The notes under the pieces were generated by a model that searched no databases, had not been told where the DNA came from, and worked only from the letters and a program-made list of their open reading frames with translations. From NCBI GenBank assembly GCA_937912005.1, contig CALDOX010000014.1, forward strand, positions 205,186 to 269,185: a stretch of 64,000 nt of DNA, in the 5' to 3' direction. This stretch comes from an uncultured Alphaproteobacteria bacterium. Its GTDB lineage: Bacteria; Pseudomonadota; Alphaproteobacteria; CAAGCB01; CAG-977. Position 1 is the stretch's first letter; every line of letters begins with the position of its first letter. Below are positions 1-9,811 of this stretch, piece after piece. The translations under genes were made by a program, and so were the position numbers.

Positions 1-7
1 AGAAATC

Positions 8-1159
8 ATGTCGGATATTCGCCGTAATAAAACGCTTTTTAAATGGGATAATTTTTTTGCCGGTCTGTGGCCGATGACGGCAGTACAGGCGATTTATTTC
101 CAAAATATCACACATTCTTATGTCGCGGCTATGTCGGTTTTTTCGGTTTGCGCTCTGTCTCAGGCTGTTTTGGAAATACCGACAGGCATTTTTTCAGATA
201 AGATCGGACGCCGGCAAACTTTAATTTTATCGGCGTCTGCAATTTTGATTTGTTTGTTGCTTTGGGCTATGGCGGGACAGTTCCTTTGCGTTCCGCTGCT
301 GTTTGTCGGGGCCGTGTTATACGGCGCCAGCGATGCGCTTATGTCGGGGACGTTGGAGGCCCTGATGTTTGAAACAATGCGGGAAATCGGAGAAGAAAAA
401 GAGTTCAAACAGATCTATGCGCGCAGCCGCGTGTATAATCAAATCGGCCTGCTGCTGAGTATTTTGATCGCTTCTGCCGTGCTTTATTTCCGGTCGATGC
501 AGTTTTTGGCATGGATGTCTGTTTTGCCGATGACCGGACAACTGGCCGTTTCTTTTTTCTACGTTAATCCGGAACGTGAACAAAAAGCTGAAAAACATAA
601 TTTCAAAAGAGCGTTTTTGTCTTTATGGAAAAATAAAAAATTGAGACGTTTCGGCGCAATCGAAATTTTGGATTCGTCTTTCGGTATGACGATCAGCCGT
701 TTTGAAGGCGTTTATTTTGAGAACCTGATCGCGGTTTGGACGGTGAATTTGGTTCTCGGATGCAAACAAGTCTCCGGTATGGCCGGTTATATGGTTGCCG
801 TCCGTTTAAAGCGGATAAAAACAATACGTCAGCTGCTTGCCGCCGTCTCGGGCAGCTTCATTTTCGAAGCGGCCGGATTACTGTTAAACAGGATCGGAAC
901 GCCGTTTGTTATGGCTTTTTCTTATTTTTTCAGCGCAATAGCGGAAACATCCAAAACCGAATTGTTGCAAAGCGAATATTCTTCGGCAGAAAGAGCGACG
1001 ATGGGATCCGTATTGTCTTTGATCACGGCTGTTTCTCAAGCATTTTTTTGTGCTTTAACCGGATTTTGGGCGGATTGTTTCGGTGTGCGCGTTGCGTTGG
1101 GATGTGTGGTCGTTGCTCGTTTGACGGTTGTTTTCATGTGTTGTGAAAAAAGAGTTTGA
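8..1159 (+). CDS. MFS-family transporter
   Basis: 383-aa ORF with about 12 predicted hydrophobic helices and an MFS-like loop motif (GIFSDKIGRR). Confidence 0.6.
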   Translation: MSDIRRNKTLFKWDNFFAGLWPMTAVQAIYFQNITHSYVAAMSVFSVCALSQAVLEIPTGIFSDKIGRRQTLILSASAILICLLLWAMAGQFLCVPLLFVGAVLYGASDALMSGTLEALMFETMREIGEEKEFKQIYARSRVYNQIGLLLSILIASAVLYFRSMQFLAWMSVLPMTGQLAVSFFYVNPEREQKAEKHNFKRAFLSLWKNKKLRRFGAIEILDSSFGMTISRFEGVYFENLIAVWTVNLVLGCKQVSGMAGYMVAVRLKRIKTIRQLLAAVSGSFIFEAAGLLLNRIGTPFVMAFSYFFSAIAETSKTELLQSEYSSAERATMGSVLSLITAVSQAFFCALTGFWADCFGVRVALGCVVVARLTVVFMCCEKRV

Positions 1160-1235
1160 TTTTTGTTGATTTTTTTGTCCACTTTTTGTACGATACTTCT
1201 AAATGGTTTCCATACAAGATGAAGGAGAACGGGAA

Positions 1236-1997
1236 ATGGTTGCTGAATATGAATTGGTTCATGCCAAACGCGAACGCAAAAAAGGCAAGGGGAAAAACAA
1301 AGGACAGCACCAGCAACAGAATCATCAGCCGGACAGTCAGCAGGGAGCCGCGCGGTTTTCTTTTGACACAATTCACGGATTGAAACTGACGGAAGTTGAA
1401 TATAAGGTGCCGCCCAGTGCGGAACGCAAAGCTAAGCGCGCCGAATTTCAAGGTGCTAATGGGGAAGAAGGTGTCCGTTCAAAGTTTTTGAAAATGTTGG
1501 CGAACGAACATGCGCAGGAATTGAAGGATCTGTTGGGAATGACGGATGCCGATATTGCTCGTATGGCGGAAGGGAAATCCGTAAACGGCTATAACGTGCA
1601 TCACAAACTGCCGATTCATGGCGGCGGCAAAAACGAATTTTCCAACTTCATTTTGACGCCGTTGTATCCGCATGATCAATGGCATCATGACGTTTTGGAC
1701 AAACAGATTCAGGGAATCGGCGAAGGCCAGTCCCGCAAAGTGTTGCTGCCGTATTCGGACGATATGATTTACGATCCGAAGAAATACGGCTTTACCAGAA
1801 ACAACGAACAGGTTATGCCGAATTATCGTTCCCGCGTCAATGCGAACAACTATCCTAAAATTTACAAACCGGAACATGTTGCAGATGCGGCGGCCCGCAA
1901 ACGTGAATTGGATCATTTTGCTCCGGCGCCGAAAAACGACGGAGGCAAAAAAACGGTTGTTGCCAATTTGGCAAAGCAGCGTCAGATGGATCGTTAA
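1236..1997 (+). CDS. HNH/AHH-like nuclease domain protein with Lys/Gln-rich N-terminus
   Basis: Start chosen at ATG 1236 because an AGGAG RBS lies 10 nt upstream. Motif NVHHKLPIHGGGKNEFSNFILTPLYPHDQWHH matches the HH..P..GG..N...H..H pattern of HNH/AHH-type nucleases. Region is AT-rich. Confidence 0.45.
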   Translation: MVAEYELVHAKRERKKGKGKNKGQHQQQNHQPDSQQGAARFSFDTIHGLKLTEVEYKVPPSAERKAKRAEFQGANGEEGVRSKFLKMLANEHAQELKDLLGMTDADIARMAEGKSVNGYNVHHKLPIHGGGKNEFSNFILTPLYPHDQWHHDVLDKQIQGIGEGQSRKVLLPYSDDMIYDPKKYGFTRNNEQVMPNYRSRVNANNYPKIYKPEHVADAAARKRELDHFAPAPKNDGGKKTVVANLAKQRQMDR

Positions 1998-2002
1998 TTT
2001 AA

Positions 2003-2027
2003 AAGGCCTCCGTTCGGAGGCCTTTTT
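2003..2027. terminator. bidirectional rho-independent terminator hairpin (ggcctccg-ttcg-gaggcc followed by T run)
   Basis: GC stem plus T tract between the convergent genes ending at 1997 and 2037. Confidence 0.6.
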
Positions 2028-2036
2028 GATGAAGCT

Positions 2037-2561
2037 TTAAAACAGAGGCATCGTATTTTTATAATAAATGACATTCAGATTTTCTTCCGGCTCGATCGGT
2101 TCATAGCAATGAGCCATTACGTCAAACGTGTTTTCATTGATTTCCAAAGCGCTGCTGTCGGTCGCCGTTCTGTTTAAAACGCGCTTTTTGGCTGTTTCCA
2201 TATCACATTCGATCTGATGAAAAAGCAATGAATCGCAGAACCGTCCGGCTCGTTCAACGGCGGCCTGACGGCTTTTTTTGGACCAAAAGCCGCGGTCGAA
2301 AATAACGCTGGTGCCGATTGAAACAATGCGTTCTCCCAATCTCCATGTAAATTCGGAAACTTTATCATGAGCCTGGCGGAATTGCTCTTCCGGCAAATTG
2401 CGGCCGAATAATTCGCGCATAAATTCGTCGTCGTTTAAAATAACCGCATTATATTGCAGGGCTAATTTACGCGCGACGGTTGATTTCCCGAATCCCATAT
2501 AGCCGCAAAGAAAGTGTACTGTAGGCATAGTTGTATTCCATAAATAAAAATTTATGAGCAT
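2037..2561 (-). CDS. P-loop NTPase / kinase-fold ATP-binding protein (AAA_33 or zeta-toxin-like)
   Basis: Walker A motif GYMGFGKST near the N-terminus; small 174-aa protein. Confidence 0.5.
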   Translation of the reverse strand: MLINFYLWNTTMPTVHFLCGYMGFGKSTVARKLALQYNAVILNDDEFMRELFGRNLPEEQFRQAHDKVSEFTWRLGERIVSIGTSVIFDRGFWSKKSRQAAVERAGRFCDSLLFHQIECDMETAKKRVLNRTATDSSALEINENTFDVMAHCYEPIEPEENLNVIYYKNTMPLF

Positions 2562-2606
2562 ATTTTTGCAGAATTTAAGACTTTTTGTAAACCTGAAAGG
2601 AGAATT

Positions 2607-3212
2607 TTAACAAAAAAAGGATTTTAATTTGAAAAGAAAATAAACCGTTTTAGGAAAAGCTGCATAAGCACAATTATAAATAAGATTTAATGAACGGATT
2701 GTTTCGGGGGTCAGCCAACCGTCATAACCGTTGTAGTCTTTTTTCAGTTTCATGCATGTAAATTTTTTCCCGTTCGGGAAATAAGATAAGACCGGTTCTT
2801 TGAATGTTTTCCCGTCTTTATTCAGTACGCGCATGATGTTGATTCTTTTCAATTTTTTATCATCATCAAATTTAAAATGAATCAAAACGGTTTTGTTTGT
2901 GCAGTGTTTTAATTCTTCGTTCGGAACGGTTGTTTTCTGTGTTTTAACTTCCACGCGTTTTTTGTCTTTGAAACCGTCGAATCCCTTTTGATTTGGCTTT
3001 TTAGCCAGTTCGACGCCGAAAATATCGCGGGAAAGCATTTCGCCGATACTGCCCGTTATCATACTGCCGTCAAGGGAAAGATATATTTTTCGTCCGGAAG
3101 CGTCTTTTTCGATTTTCTTTTGGAAGCGTTTTGCTTTTTGTTCCATTTTCCACAGAAAACGCAAGGCTCGGATCGCTTTTAATTCATTCATGCGTTTTTT
3201 CCTGCCGGGCAA
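2607..3212 (-). CDS. hypothetical protein (AT-rich, lysine-rich)
   Basis: ORF only; no recognisable motif; adjacent to tRNA-Met. Confidence 0.3.
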   Translation of the reverse strand: MPGRKKRMNELKAIRALRFLWKMEQKAKRFQKKIEKDASGRKIYLSLDGSMITGSIGEMLSRDIFGVELAKKPNQKGFDGFKDKKRVEVKTQKTTVPNEELKHCTNKTVLIHFKFDDDKKLKRINIMRVLNKDGKTFKEPVLSYFPNGKKFTCMKLKKDYNGYDGWLTPETIRSLNLIYNCAYAAFPKTVYFLFKLKSFFC

Positions 3213-3258
3213 AGGGACAATAAAAAAGCCTCGCGATAAAAATTCCGCAAGGCTGTAA

Positions 3259-3335
3259 TGGTAGCGGAGGGGGGACTCGAACCCTCGACACGCGGATTAT
3301 GATTCCGCTGCTCTAACCAACTGAGCTACTCCGCC
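3259..3335 (-). tRNA. tRNA with CAT anticodon (elongator Met or Ile-lysidine type)
   Basis: Cloverleaf GGCGGAG acceptor, anticodon loop ATCATAA, T-loop TTCGAGT, CCA end; lacks the initiator-type anticodon stem. Confidence 0.85.
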
Positions 3336-3351
3336 ATCGGACGAAAAACTT

Positions 3352-4083
3352 TTATCTTTTTTTCATGGAACTGTCAACACGTTTCTTTGTTTTTGTGGCT
3401 TTTTTCACGGGTTCCGGCAAGTTATTTAAAGAATCCAACCGCTTTTCGACAGCTTTTAGCTGTGCCTTTAATTCTTCTACCGTCTTTAACATAGGATCTG
3501 TTTTCTCTGCCGCATAAGCTTCGAAACACTTTTCTGCCTTTTTATCTCGACATCTGACAATTTGAGCGGGAACGCCGACGGCGGTAGCCGAATCGGGAAC
3601 ATCTTTTAAAACAACGGCATTTGATCCGATTCGCGCATCGTTGCCGATAGTGATCGGTCCCAACAGTTTGGCTCCGGCGCCGACAATGACACGGTCGCCC
3701 AAAGTCGGGTGACGTTTTCCTTGATGAATCGAAGTTCCGCCCAGCGTTACCCCATGATATAAAGTCACATCGTCACCGATTTCCGCCGTTTCGCCGATAA
3801 CAACACCGGTGGCATGATCAATGAACAGATTTTTGCCGATTCGGGCGCCCGGATGGATATCGACTCCAGTTAGAAAGCGTCCGAAAGAAGAAAGAAGCCG
3901 CGCTGTTGTAAAAAAATTTTTTTGCCAAAGAAAGTGGGCCGAACGATAAATTAAAATCGCATGAACTCCCGGATAGCAAAGGAAAACCTCGATTTTTGAA
4001 CGCGCAGCCGGATCCCGCTGCAAAACCGAAGCGGTATATTCGCGTGCTTTTGAAAATAATTCTTTTGTCAGACGCTTGAACAT
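3352..4083 (-). CDS. cysE: serine O-acetyltransferase
   Basis: Hexapeptide-repeat left-handed beta-helix ([38 protein letters not shown]) and the CysE N-terminal region. Confidence 0.8.
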   Translation of the reverse strand: MFKRLTKELFSKAREYTASVLQRDPAARSKIEVFLCYPGVHAILIYRSAHFLWQKNFFTTARLLSSFGRFLTGVDIHPGARIGKNLFIDHATGVVIGETAEIGDDVTLYHGVTLGGTSIHQGKRHPTLGDRVIVGAGAKLLGPITIGNDARIGSNAVVLKDVPDSATAVGVPAQIVRCRDKKAEKCFEAYAAEKTDPMLKTVEELKAQLKAVEKRLDSLNNLPEPVKKATKTKKRVDSSMKKR

Positions 4084-4148
4084 TGTACCTTCATTTCGCT
4101 AATATAACATTCTTACTGCTTATAACCCATACTGTGCAAGGTTTCAAT

Positions 4149-4841
4149 ATGCCCGAAGTTATTTTTAACGGTCCTGAAGGACGATTGGAAGGACGTTATC
4201 AACCCGCAAACAATGAAGAAGCTCCTTTGGCGCTGATTCTGCATCCGCATCCGCAGATGCCGAACGGTTCAATGAACAATCGGGTTACTTATGCTTTGTT
4301 TCAGACATTCAGCGCTTTGGGATTTTCCGTACTGCGTTTTAATTTTCGCGGCGTGGGGCGGTCTCAGGGAACGTATGATGACGGTTCGGGGGAATTAGGC
4401 GATGCGGCTGCGGCTTTGGATTGGCTGCAAATGATGAACCGCAACGCTAAAACATGTTGGATCGCGGGCTATTCTTTCGGGGCGTGGATAGGTATGCAGC
4501 TGCTGATGCGTCGTCCGGAAATTTCAGGGTTTATTTCTGTCGCTCCTCCGGCCAATTCAAAGGATTTTTCTTTTTTGGCGCCGTGCCCGGCTTCAGGTCT
4601 GATTATTCATGGCGGGGAAGACGCTTTAATTCCCGAAGCTTCCGTTTCTGCTTTGGCGGACAAGCTGTCGGGACAGCGCAACGTTCATGTGCGTTATACG
4701 ATGTTTCCGCATACGGGACATGACTTTGATAATCATTTAAAAGAGCTGAGCTTGACCGTACATGATTATGTAACGGATATTATGACCAGAAAGCACAAGA
4801 AATCCTCCAGAGGCAGAGGAAGCAAAAAAGTTCTTTCTTAA
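4149..4841 (+). CDS. alpha/beta-fold hydrolase
   Basis: GxSxG nucleophile elbow (GYSFGAW); internal start MPEV chosen over the extended ORF. Confidence 0.6.
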   Translation: MPEVIFNGPEGRLEGRYQPANNEEAPLALILHPHPQMPNGSMNNRVTYALFQTFSALGFSVLRFNFRGVGRSQGTYDDGSGELGDAAAALDWLQMMNRNAKTCWIAGYSFGAWIGMQLLMRRPEISGFISVAPPANSKDFSFLAPCPASGLIIHGGEDALIPEASVSALADKLSGQRNVHVRYTMFPHTGHDFDNHLKELSLTVHDYVTDIMTRKHKKSSRGRGSKKVLS

Positions 4842-4844
4842 AAA

Positions 4845-4872
4845 AAGCGCCCCGAAGAAAGGGCGCTTTTTA
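4845..4872. terminator. bidirectional terminator hairpin (agcgccc-gaagaaa-gggcgct then T run)
   Basis: Stem-loop plus T tract between convergent genes. Confidence 0.6.
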
Positions 4873-4885
4873 ACTGAGAAAAATT

Positions 4886-5518
4886 CTATTTCCGCGAAGG
4901 AATATCTCCGGGGCGGCGTTTTTTTCTGGGGTCTTTAAACTTGAATAACGTGTTGTCCAAGGAGATATTCGTTTCCATATTATCCAGAGTGACTAAAGTC
5001 GAAATTTGTTGGGCATCAATGACTTTCCATTGACGCAGGCTGAGCGGATTATCTTTAAAAATCAATATGATTTTTCCGGCGGAAGGCAAACTTTTTTTAA
5101 TAACGGAAACAGTAATAATTCCCGGTTCGGTTGTCATGTCGGTAATGGTGACATCTTCGGTTTTGAACGAAAAGTTTTCTTTCAGAATCATCGACGCCGG
5201 ATTTTCGTCCAAATCCAAATAGGTGACTTGTTCCAATTTTTTATCGTGAAAAATCAGATAGTAACCGTCTGCTATGACTTCAATCGGATGCGGCGGTTGA
5301 TATTCCAAACGCATTTTATTCGGTTTCATAACGTAAAAGTCACCTTGAGCCGTTCCGCCGTTATCGCTGATTTGATAAAATTTGCTTTTAATCGTGCGAA
5401 TGGAATTGAAATAAGTTTCGATTCTTTCGATTATCTTCTGCTGATCCGCCGTCAGCTGTTTTTCTTCCGCAAAAGCGGGAACCGTTAGAAATAACAACAA
5501 AAAAAGAATCTTAAACAT
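4886..5518 (-). CDS. lolA: outer-membrane lipoprotein carrier protein LolA-like
   Basis: Signal peptide plus LolA-like beta-barrel sequence pattern; conserved position upstream of ftsK. Confidence 0.65.
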   Translation of the reverse strand: MFKILFLLLFLTVPAFAEEKQLTADQQKIIERIETYFNSIRTIKSKFYQISDNGGTAQGDFYVMKPNKMRLEYQPPHPIEVIADGYYLIFHDKKLEQVTYLDLDENPASMILKENFSFKTEDVTITDMTTEPGIITVSVIKKSLPSAGKIILIFKDNPLSLRQWKVIDAQQISTLVTLDNMETNISLDNTLFKFKDPRKKRRPGDIPSRK

Positions 5519-5557
5519 CGCTTTTCCCGAATTGTTTTTCTTGTGACTGTAGCAGGT

Positions 5558-7885
5558 TTAACGGTTGTCGGGTACTAAAATTTCACGCTTGCCGGCATGA
5601 TTCGGAGCGGAAATAACACCCTGCGCTTCCATTTGGTCGATCAGATCGGCAGCACGGTTATAACCGATGCGCAGTTGGCGCTGAATATAACTGGTCGATA
5701 CTTTCCTGTCGCGCAGAATGATGGCGACGGCTTGATCGTACAGACTGGCATCCGCACCGCCGTCGGAAGCAAATCCTGTCCCCGCTTCTGTTTCAGGCGG
5801 TTCTTCCGTGACGGACTGTTCGTATTCGGGAACGCCCTGCAGCCGCAAATGTGCCGTGACCGCTTCGACTTCCGCATCGCTGACAAACGGGCCATGCAAG
5901 CGGACGGGACGTTGTCCTTGTGCCAGATAAAGCATATCGCCGCGTCCCAAAAGCTGTTCAGCCCCCTGTTCGCCCAAAATTGTCCGGCTGTCGATTTTTG
6001 TTGTCAGTCGAAAGCTGATGCGTTCGGGGAAGTTTGATTTGATCGTGCCGGTGATAACGTCAACGGACGGCCGTTGCGTCGCTAAAATCAGATGAATGCC
6101 GGCAGCGCGGGCTTTTTGCGCAATTCGCTGTACGGCAGTCTCGATTTCTTTGCCCGCCGTGATCATCAAATCGGCCATTTCATCGACAATGACAACAATA
6201 TACGGGAACGGCTTTAAGTCCAACGGCTGTTCTTCATAAATCGGCTCTCCGTTTTCATAGCCGGTCAGAACGGTTCGGGTTTTGGGCGCTTTGCTGTTAA
6301 GCAGTTCAGCCACTTTTTTATTGTAGCCGTCAATGTTGCGCACGCCTAATTCGCTCATTTGGCTGTAGCGCTGGTCCATTTCCCGAACGGCCCAATTTAA
6401 GGCAAGAACGGCTTTTTTCGGGTCGGTCACCACAGGGGTTAATAAGTGCGGAATACCGTTATAAACGGATAATTCCAACATTTTCGGGTCAACCATGATC
6501 AACCGCACCTGAGCGGGGGTTAAGCGATAGACCAAAGAAAGAATCATTGTGTTGATCGCGACGGATTTTCCTGATCCGGTCGTTCCGGCAACCAACAAGT
6601 GAGGCATTTTGGCCAAGTCCGCAAAAGTCGGTTTGCCGCCGATATCTTTTCCAAGCGCCAATAGGAGCGGTTTGTCAGAGTTTTTAAAATCGTCGCAGGA
6701 AACAAGCTCTTTCAGGTAAACGTCGGCTCGTTTTTCATTCGGCATTTCGATTCCGATAACGCTTTGCCCCGGAATGACGGCAATACGGACGGATAAAGCA
6801 CTCATAGAGCGGGCGATGTCGTCAGCCAAATTGATAACGCGGGTTGTTTTAATTCCCGGCGCCGGTTCCAGTTCAAACAAGGTGACGACGGGACCGGGAC
6901 GGACATTGACGATTTCGCCTTTAACGCCATATTCTTCCAAAACGTTTTCCAGCTGACGGGCGCGTTTTTCCAGATAATCACGGGAAACAGCCGCTTCTTT
7001 GTCGATTTTGGGCTTTGCCAACAGGTCAAGCTTGGGCAGATGGAATTGTTTGACGTATTCGCGTTGTTCTTTGATGGATTTTAAAGGTGAAGGTTTTGCC
7101 AGCTGTTTTTTCGCCGGAGCGGGAGGCGCGGGAAGCGGTGCTTGCTGCTGCTGTTCGCCTAAATTTAATTCGCCTTGTTCGGCAAATAAACTTTCCGGCA
7201 GTTCATCGTTTTGTTCTGCCTTTTCTTCTTCGGCAGGAGGCGGAGTGTTTTTGATTTTTTTCCAGAAGAATAAAATTAGGGATTGAATCAGACGCCCTGT
7301 TCCTGCGATCCAGCGTTTAACCAAATAGAATGGAATTCCCAAAGTCGCGGCCAATCCGAAAACGGAAACGACGAAGACAATCGGGATAATCGCATATTCC
7401 AGATAAGAAAGATAAGCCGTTTTTAAAAAATGTTTCAAAAGTGAATAGAAAACAGGCATAACGGCGCCGCTGAAACCGGCTTGAACGGGCGGAAAGGAAA
7501 CTTCCGGCAAAGCGGAAAATAAAACCAGCAGCAACAGTAAAGTCGGAATAAAGCACAATATGCGCAAAATTTGGAATTTGTGCCATTTTAAACGAATGAT
7601 CAAAATTCCCCATGCGACCAATGCAACGGGGAATAAAATGGCTCCCAATCCGAAATACTGCCAAAGCAGATCGGCCCAAATCGCGCCGACCGTTCCCATC
7701 AGATTCGTTGCCGTTTCGCCGGTAGCTGTATTGAAAGACGGGTCTGCCGGATTGTATGTTGCCAAAGCGACAGTCAGCAGTAAACCGGCGCAGACAAACA
7801 ACAAGCCGAAAAAACGTATGGTCAGTCGGCGGAAAAACAGTTTTAAAGCGGCAGGTAAGAACGAATGGTTTTCAGAATTTGTCAT
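5558..7885 (-). CDS. ftsK: DNA translocase FtsK
   Basis: N-terminal membrane helices, Pro/Gln-rich linker, RecA-like motor with Walker A GTTGSGKS, C-terminal gamma (winged-helix) domain. Confidence 0.9.
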   Translation of the reverse strand: MTNSENHSFLPAALKLFFRRLTIRFFGLLFVCAGLLLTVALATYNPADPSFNTATGETATNLMGTVGAIWADLLWQYFGLGAILFPVALVAWGILIIRLKWHKFQILRILCFIPTLLLLLVLFSALPEVSFPPVQAGFSGAVMPVFYSLLKHFLKTAYLSYLEYAIIPIVFVVSVFGLAATLGIPFYLVKRWIAGTGRLIQSLILFFWKKIKNTPPPAEEEKAEQNDELPESLFAEQGELNLGEQQQQAPLPAPPAPAKKQLAKPSPLKSIKEQREYVKQFHLPKLDLLAKPKIDKEAAVSRDYLEKRARQLENVLEEYGVKGEIVNVRPGPVVTLFELEPAPGIKTTRVINLADDIARSMSALSVRIAVIPGQSVIGIEMPNEKRADVYLKELVSCDDFKNSDKPLLLALGKDIGGKPTFADLAKMPHLLVAGTTGSGKSVAINTMILSLVYRLTPAQVRLIMVDPKMLELSVYNGIPHLLTPVVTDPKKAVLALNWAVREMDQRYSQMSELGVRNIDGYNKKVAELLNSKAPKTRTVLTGYENGEPIYEEQPLDLKPFPYIVVIVDEMADLMITAGKEIETAVQRIAQKARAAGIHLILATQRPSVDVITGTIKSNFPERISFRLTTKIDSRTILGEQGAEQLLGRGDMLYLAQGQRPVRLHGPFVSDAEVEAVTAHLRLQGVPEYEQSVTEEPPETEAGTGFASDGGADASLYDQAVAIILRDRKVSTSYIQRQLRIGYNRAADLIDQMEAQGVISAPNHAGKREILVPDNR

Positions 7886-7951
7886 AATTGTTCCGAAGAT
7901 CCGAGAGTCAAAGGATTCTTTATGTTATGACATTAAAAAGTAAAGGTTCGT

Positions 7952-8590
7952 TTAATTTATCCGTCCGTCGGAATTCATATCCAGCAATAAAAGCAGGGTG
8001 TCATAGAATTTCTGCAGCTGCGCGCATTCCAATAAAGCTTGTTTTTCCGCCGGCGCAAAGGGCAGCAGCATCGCTAAAGTCATCAGAATTTGATCCTGCG
8101 GCATCTGGCGCAACATATCCGAAGTCAAATCGATTTTGTTCGAATAAGCGTAAAAGTCCACTTTATCGAACAATTCCTTTTTATTAAATTTGAAATCGGT
8201 CAGATTAAAATCTTCGACGAAGGGCGAAAAATCAATGCTCGCATCCCGATAAATGCCGTTGTGATCTGTTTCTTTGATCACGTTAAAACGAGAAATGCCG
8301 GTTAAAGTAATCAAAAGAGTATCGCCCGATTCCGTAAAACTGGAAATCCGTCCCGCGCATCCGGTTTTGTATAAGGAAGGAACTTTCATCGACATATCCT
8401 GTTCCATCGGCTGAACCATACCGATAATGCGCGAAGAAGCCAAGGCGTTGAACACCAATCGGATATAACGCATTTCATAAATGCGCAGATTGACTTTTGT
8501 TTCGGGAAACAAGAAAATTCCGGAAAAAGGCAGAATGGGAACATTAGCCGGCAGTTCAACCATGGTTACATCAAAAATACTGTCGCTCAT
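7952..8590 (-). CDS. LON N-terminal substrate-binding domain protein
   Basis: LON-N domain pattern (LPILPFSGIFLFP...). Confidence 0.65.
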   Translation of the reverse strand: MSDSIFDVTMVELPANVPILPFSGIFLFPETKVNLRIYEMRYIRLVFNALASSRIIGMVQPMEQDMSMKVPSLYKTGCAGRISSFTESGDTLLITLTGISRFNVIKETDHNGIYRDASIDFSPFVEDFNLTDFKFNKKELFDKVDFYAYSNKIDLTSDMLRQMPQDQILMTLAMLLPFAPAEKQALLECAQLQKFYDTLLLLLDMNSDGRIN

Positions 8591-8601
8591 CGATACCGCC
8601 T

Positions 8602-9510
8602 TTACGAGAATAATAAAGAAGAAAGTTTCCGTCGTCCGGCAACCGTAATCGGATTCATCTGACCCAGCGCGGCAAAGATTTTAAAGAGTTGCTGTCTGGC
8701 AGCATCGTTGTTCCATTCACGATCCTTTTCAATGACGGCGATCAGCTGATCAATGGCTTGTTCCGGCTGATTGGCGGCAAACAGGGCGCAGGCATAATCG
8801 AAACGGGCCTGCAAATCGTCGGGATTCTGTTCAACTTTTTTTGCCAAAGAATCGGGAGAGGGAGCGTTTTTGGCTTCTAAGGCAAGCTTTAACGCTGTTT
8901 TTGCGGCATCCAGATCAGGGCTTTTAACGGAGGAGTCTAATCCGTCCGCCAGATCCTGAGCGGCATCCAGTTGTCCCAATTGAACAAAACACCGAATCAT
9001 ACCGGCAAAAGCGGCCGGATTAGTTTCATCTTTTTCCAAAACGGCGGCGTAAGTCTCCAATGCTTCCTGAGGCTGTTTGTTGTTCAGCTTTTCCGTCGCG
9101 TCCTTGAGCATTTCATCCAAAGACAGCGCCGCTTTTCCGATCAGCGCCTGCATAACGGCTTTTAATTGAGACTCGGGGATTGCGCCGGCAAAGCCGTCCG
9201 CTAAACCGCCTTTAGCAAAAATCATTGTTGTCGGAACACTTTGTATCCCCAGCTGCATTGCTAAAGGCTGCGCTTCGCCGATGTCAAATTTAACCAACGC
9301 CGCTTTGCCGTTGGCTAATCGAACGTATTTTTCCAACAAGGCGGCAAATTGATCGCATGCCGGATTGTTCGGCATCGCGAAGTAAGCCAGAACCACCCTG
9401 TTTTTAGAATCATCAACAACATCCGTTTTGAAAGACTGCATCGTTCCGTTTTTAACAGGAGTGTCCTGAGCGGCGGAAAGAGAGTTGACATCTTCAAAAT
9501 TCAAAGACAT
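8602..9510 (-). CDS. thioredoxin-domain / TPR co-chaperone (YbbN/CnoX-like)
   Basis: Thioredoxin-like N-terminal region plus TPR-like helical repeats; start MSLNFEDV preceded by a GGGAGG RBS. Confidence 0.65.
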   Translation of the reverse strand: MSLNFEDVNSLSAAQDTPVKNGTMQSFKTDVVDDSKNRVVLAYFAMPNNPACDQFAALLEKYVRLANGKAALVKFDIGEAQPLAMQLGIQSVPTTMIFAKGGLADGFAGAIPESQLKAVMQALIGKAALSLDEMLKDATEKLNNKQPQEALETYAAVLEKDETNPAAFAGMIRCFVQLGQLDAAQDLADGLDSSVKSPDLDAAKTALKLALEAKNAPSPDSLAKKVEQNPDDLQARFDYACALFAANQPEQAIDQLIAVIEKDREWNNDAARQQLFKIFAALGQMNPITVAGRRKLSSLLFS

Positions 9511-9690
9511 AAGGCCTCCCGTAACAAGAAAACAAACGCCGTTATCATATATGAAAAAAGCTTCGATTAAAACGGTAAATAAGAATATTTCCCCCTGTAA
9601 CAACGGATATGAAAAAAAATTCTTTAAAATGAAAAAATTCTGTTGCAAAAGAATTTTCTGTCGTTATAATCCTCCTCTGTAAATAGGAGC

Positions 9691-9765
9691 GCGGGTGTAG
9701 CTCAGGGGTAGAGCGCAACCTTGCCAAGGTTGATGTCGAGGGTTCAAATCCCTTCGCCCGCTCCA
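9691..9765 (+). tRNA. tRNA-Gly(GCC)
   Basis: GCGGGTG acceptor, anticodon loop CTTGCCAAG, T-loop GGTTCAAATCC, CCA end. Confidence 0.9.
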
Positions 9766-9811
9766 ATAAATTTTCAAGGGGGGAGGGAAAATACTCCTCT
9801 TTTTTTTATTT

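Noticed and set aside
3259-3335. Calling the CAT-anticodon tRNA an initiator tRNA-fMet
   Set aside because: It lacks the C1:A72 mismatch and the three consecutive G:C pairs in the anticodon stem; elongator Met versus Ile(k2C) cannot be settled by eye.
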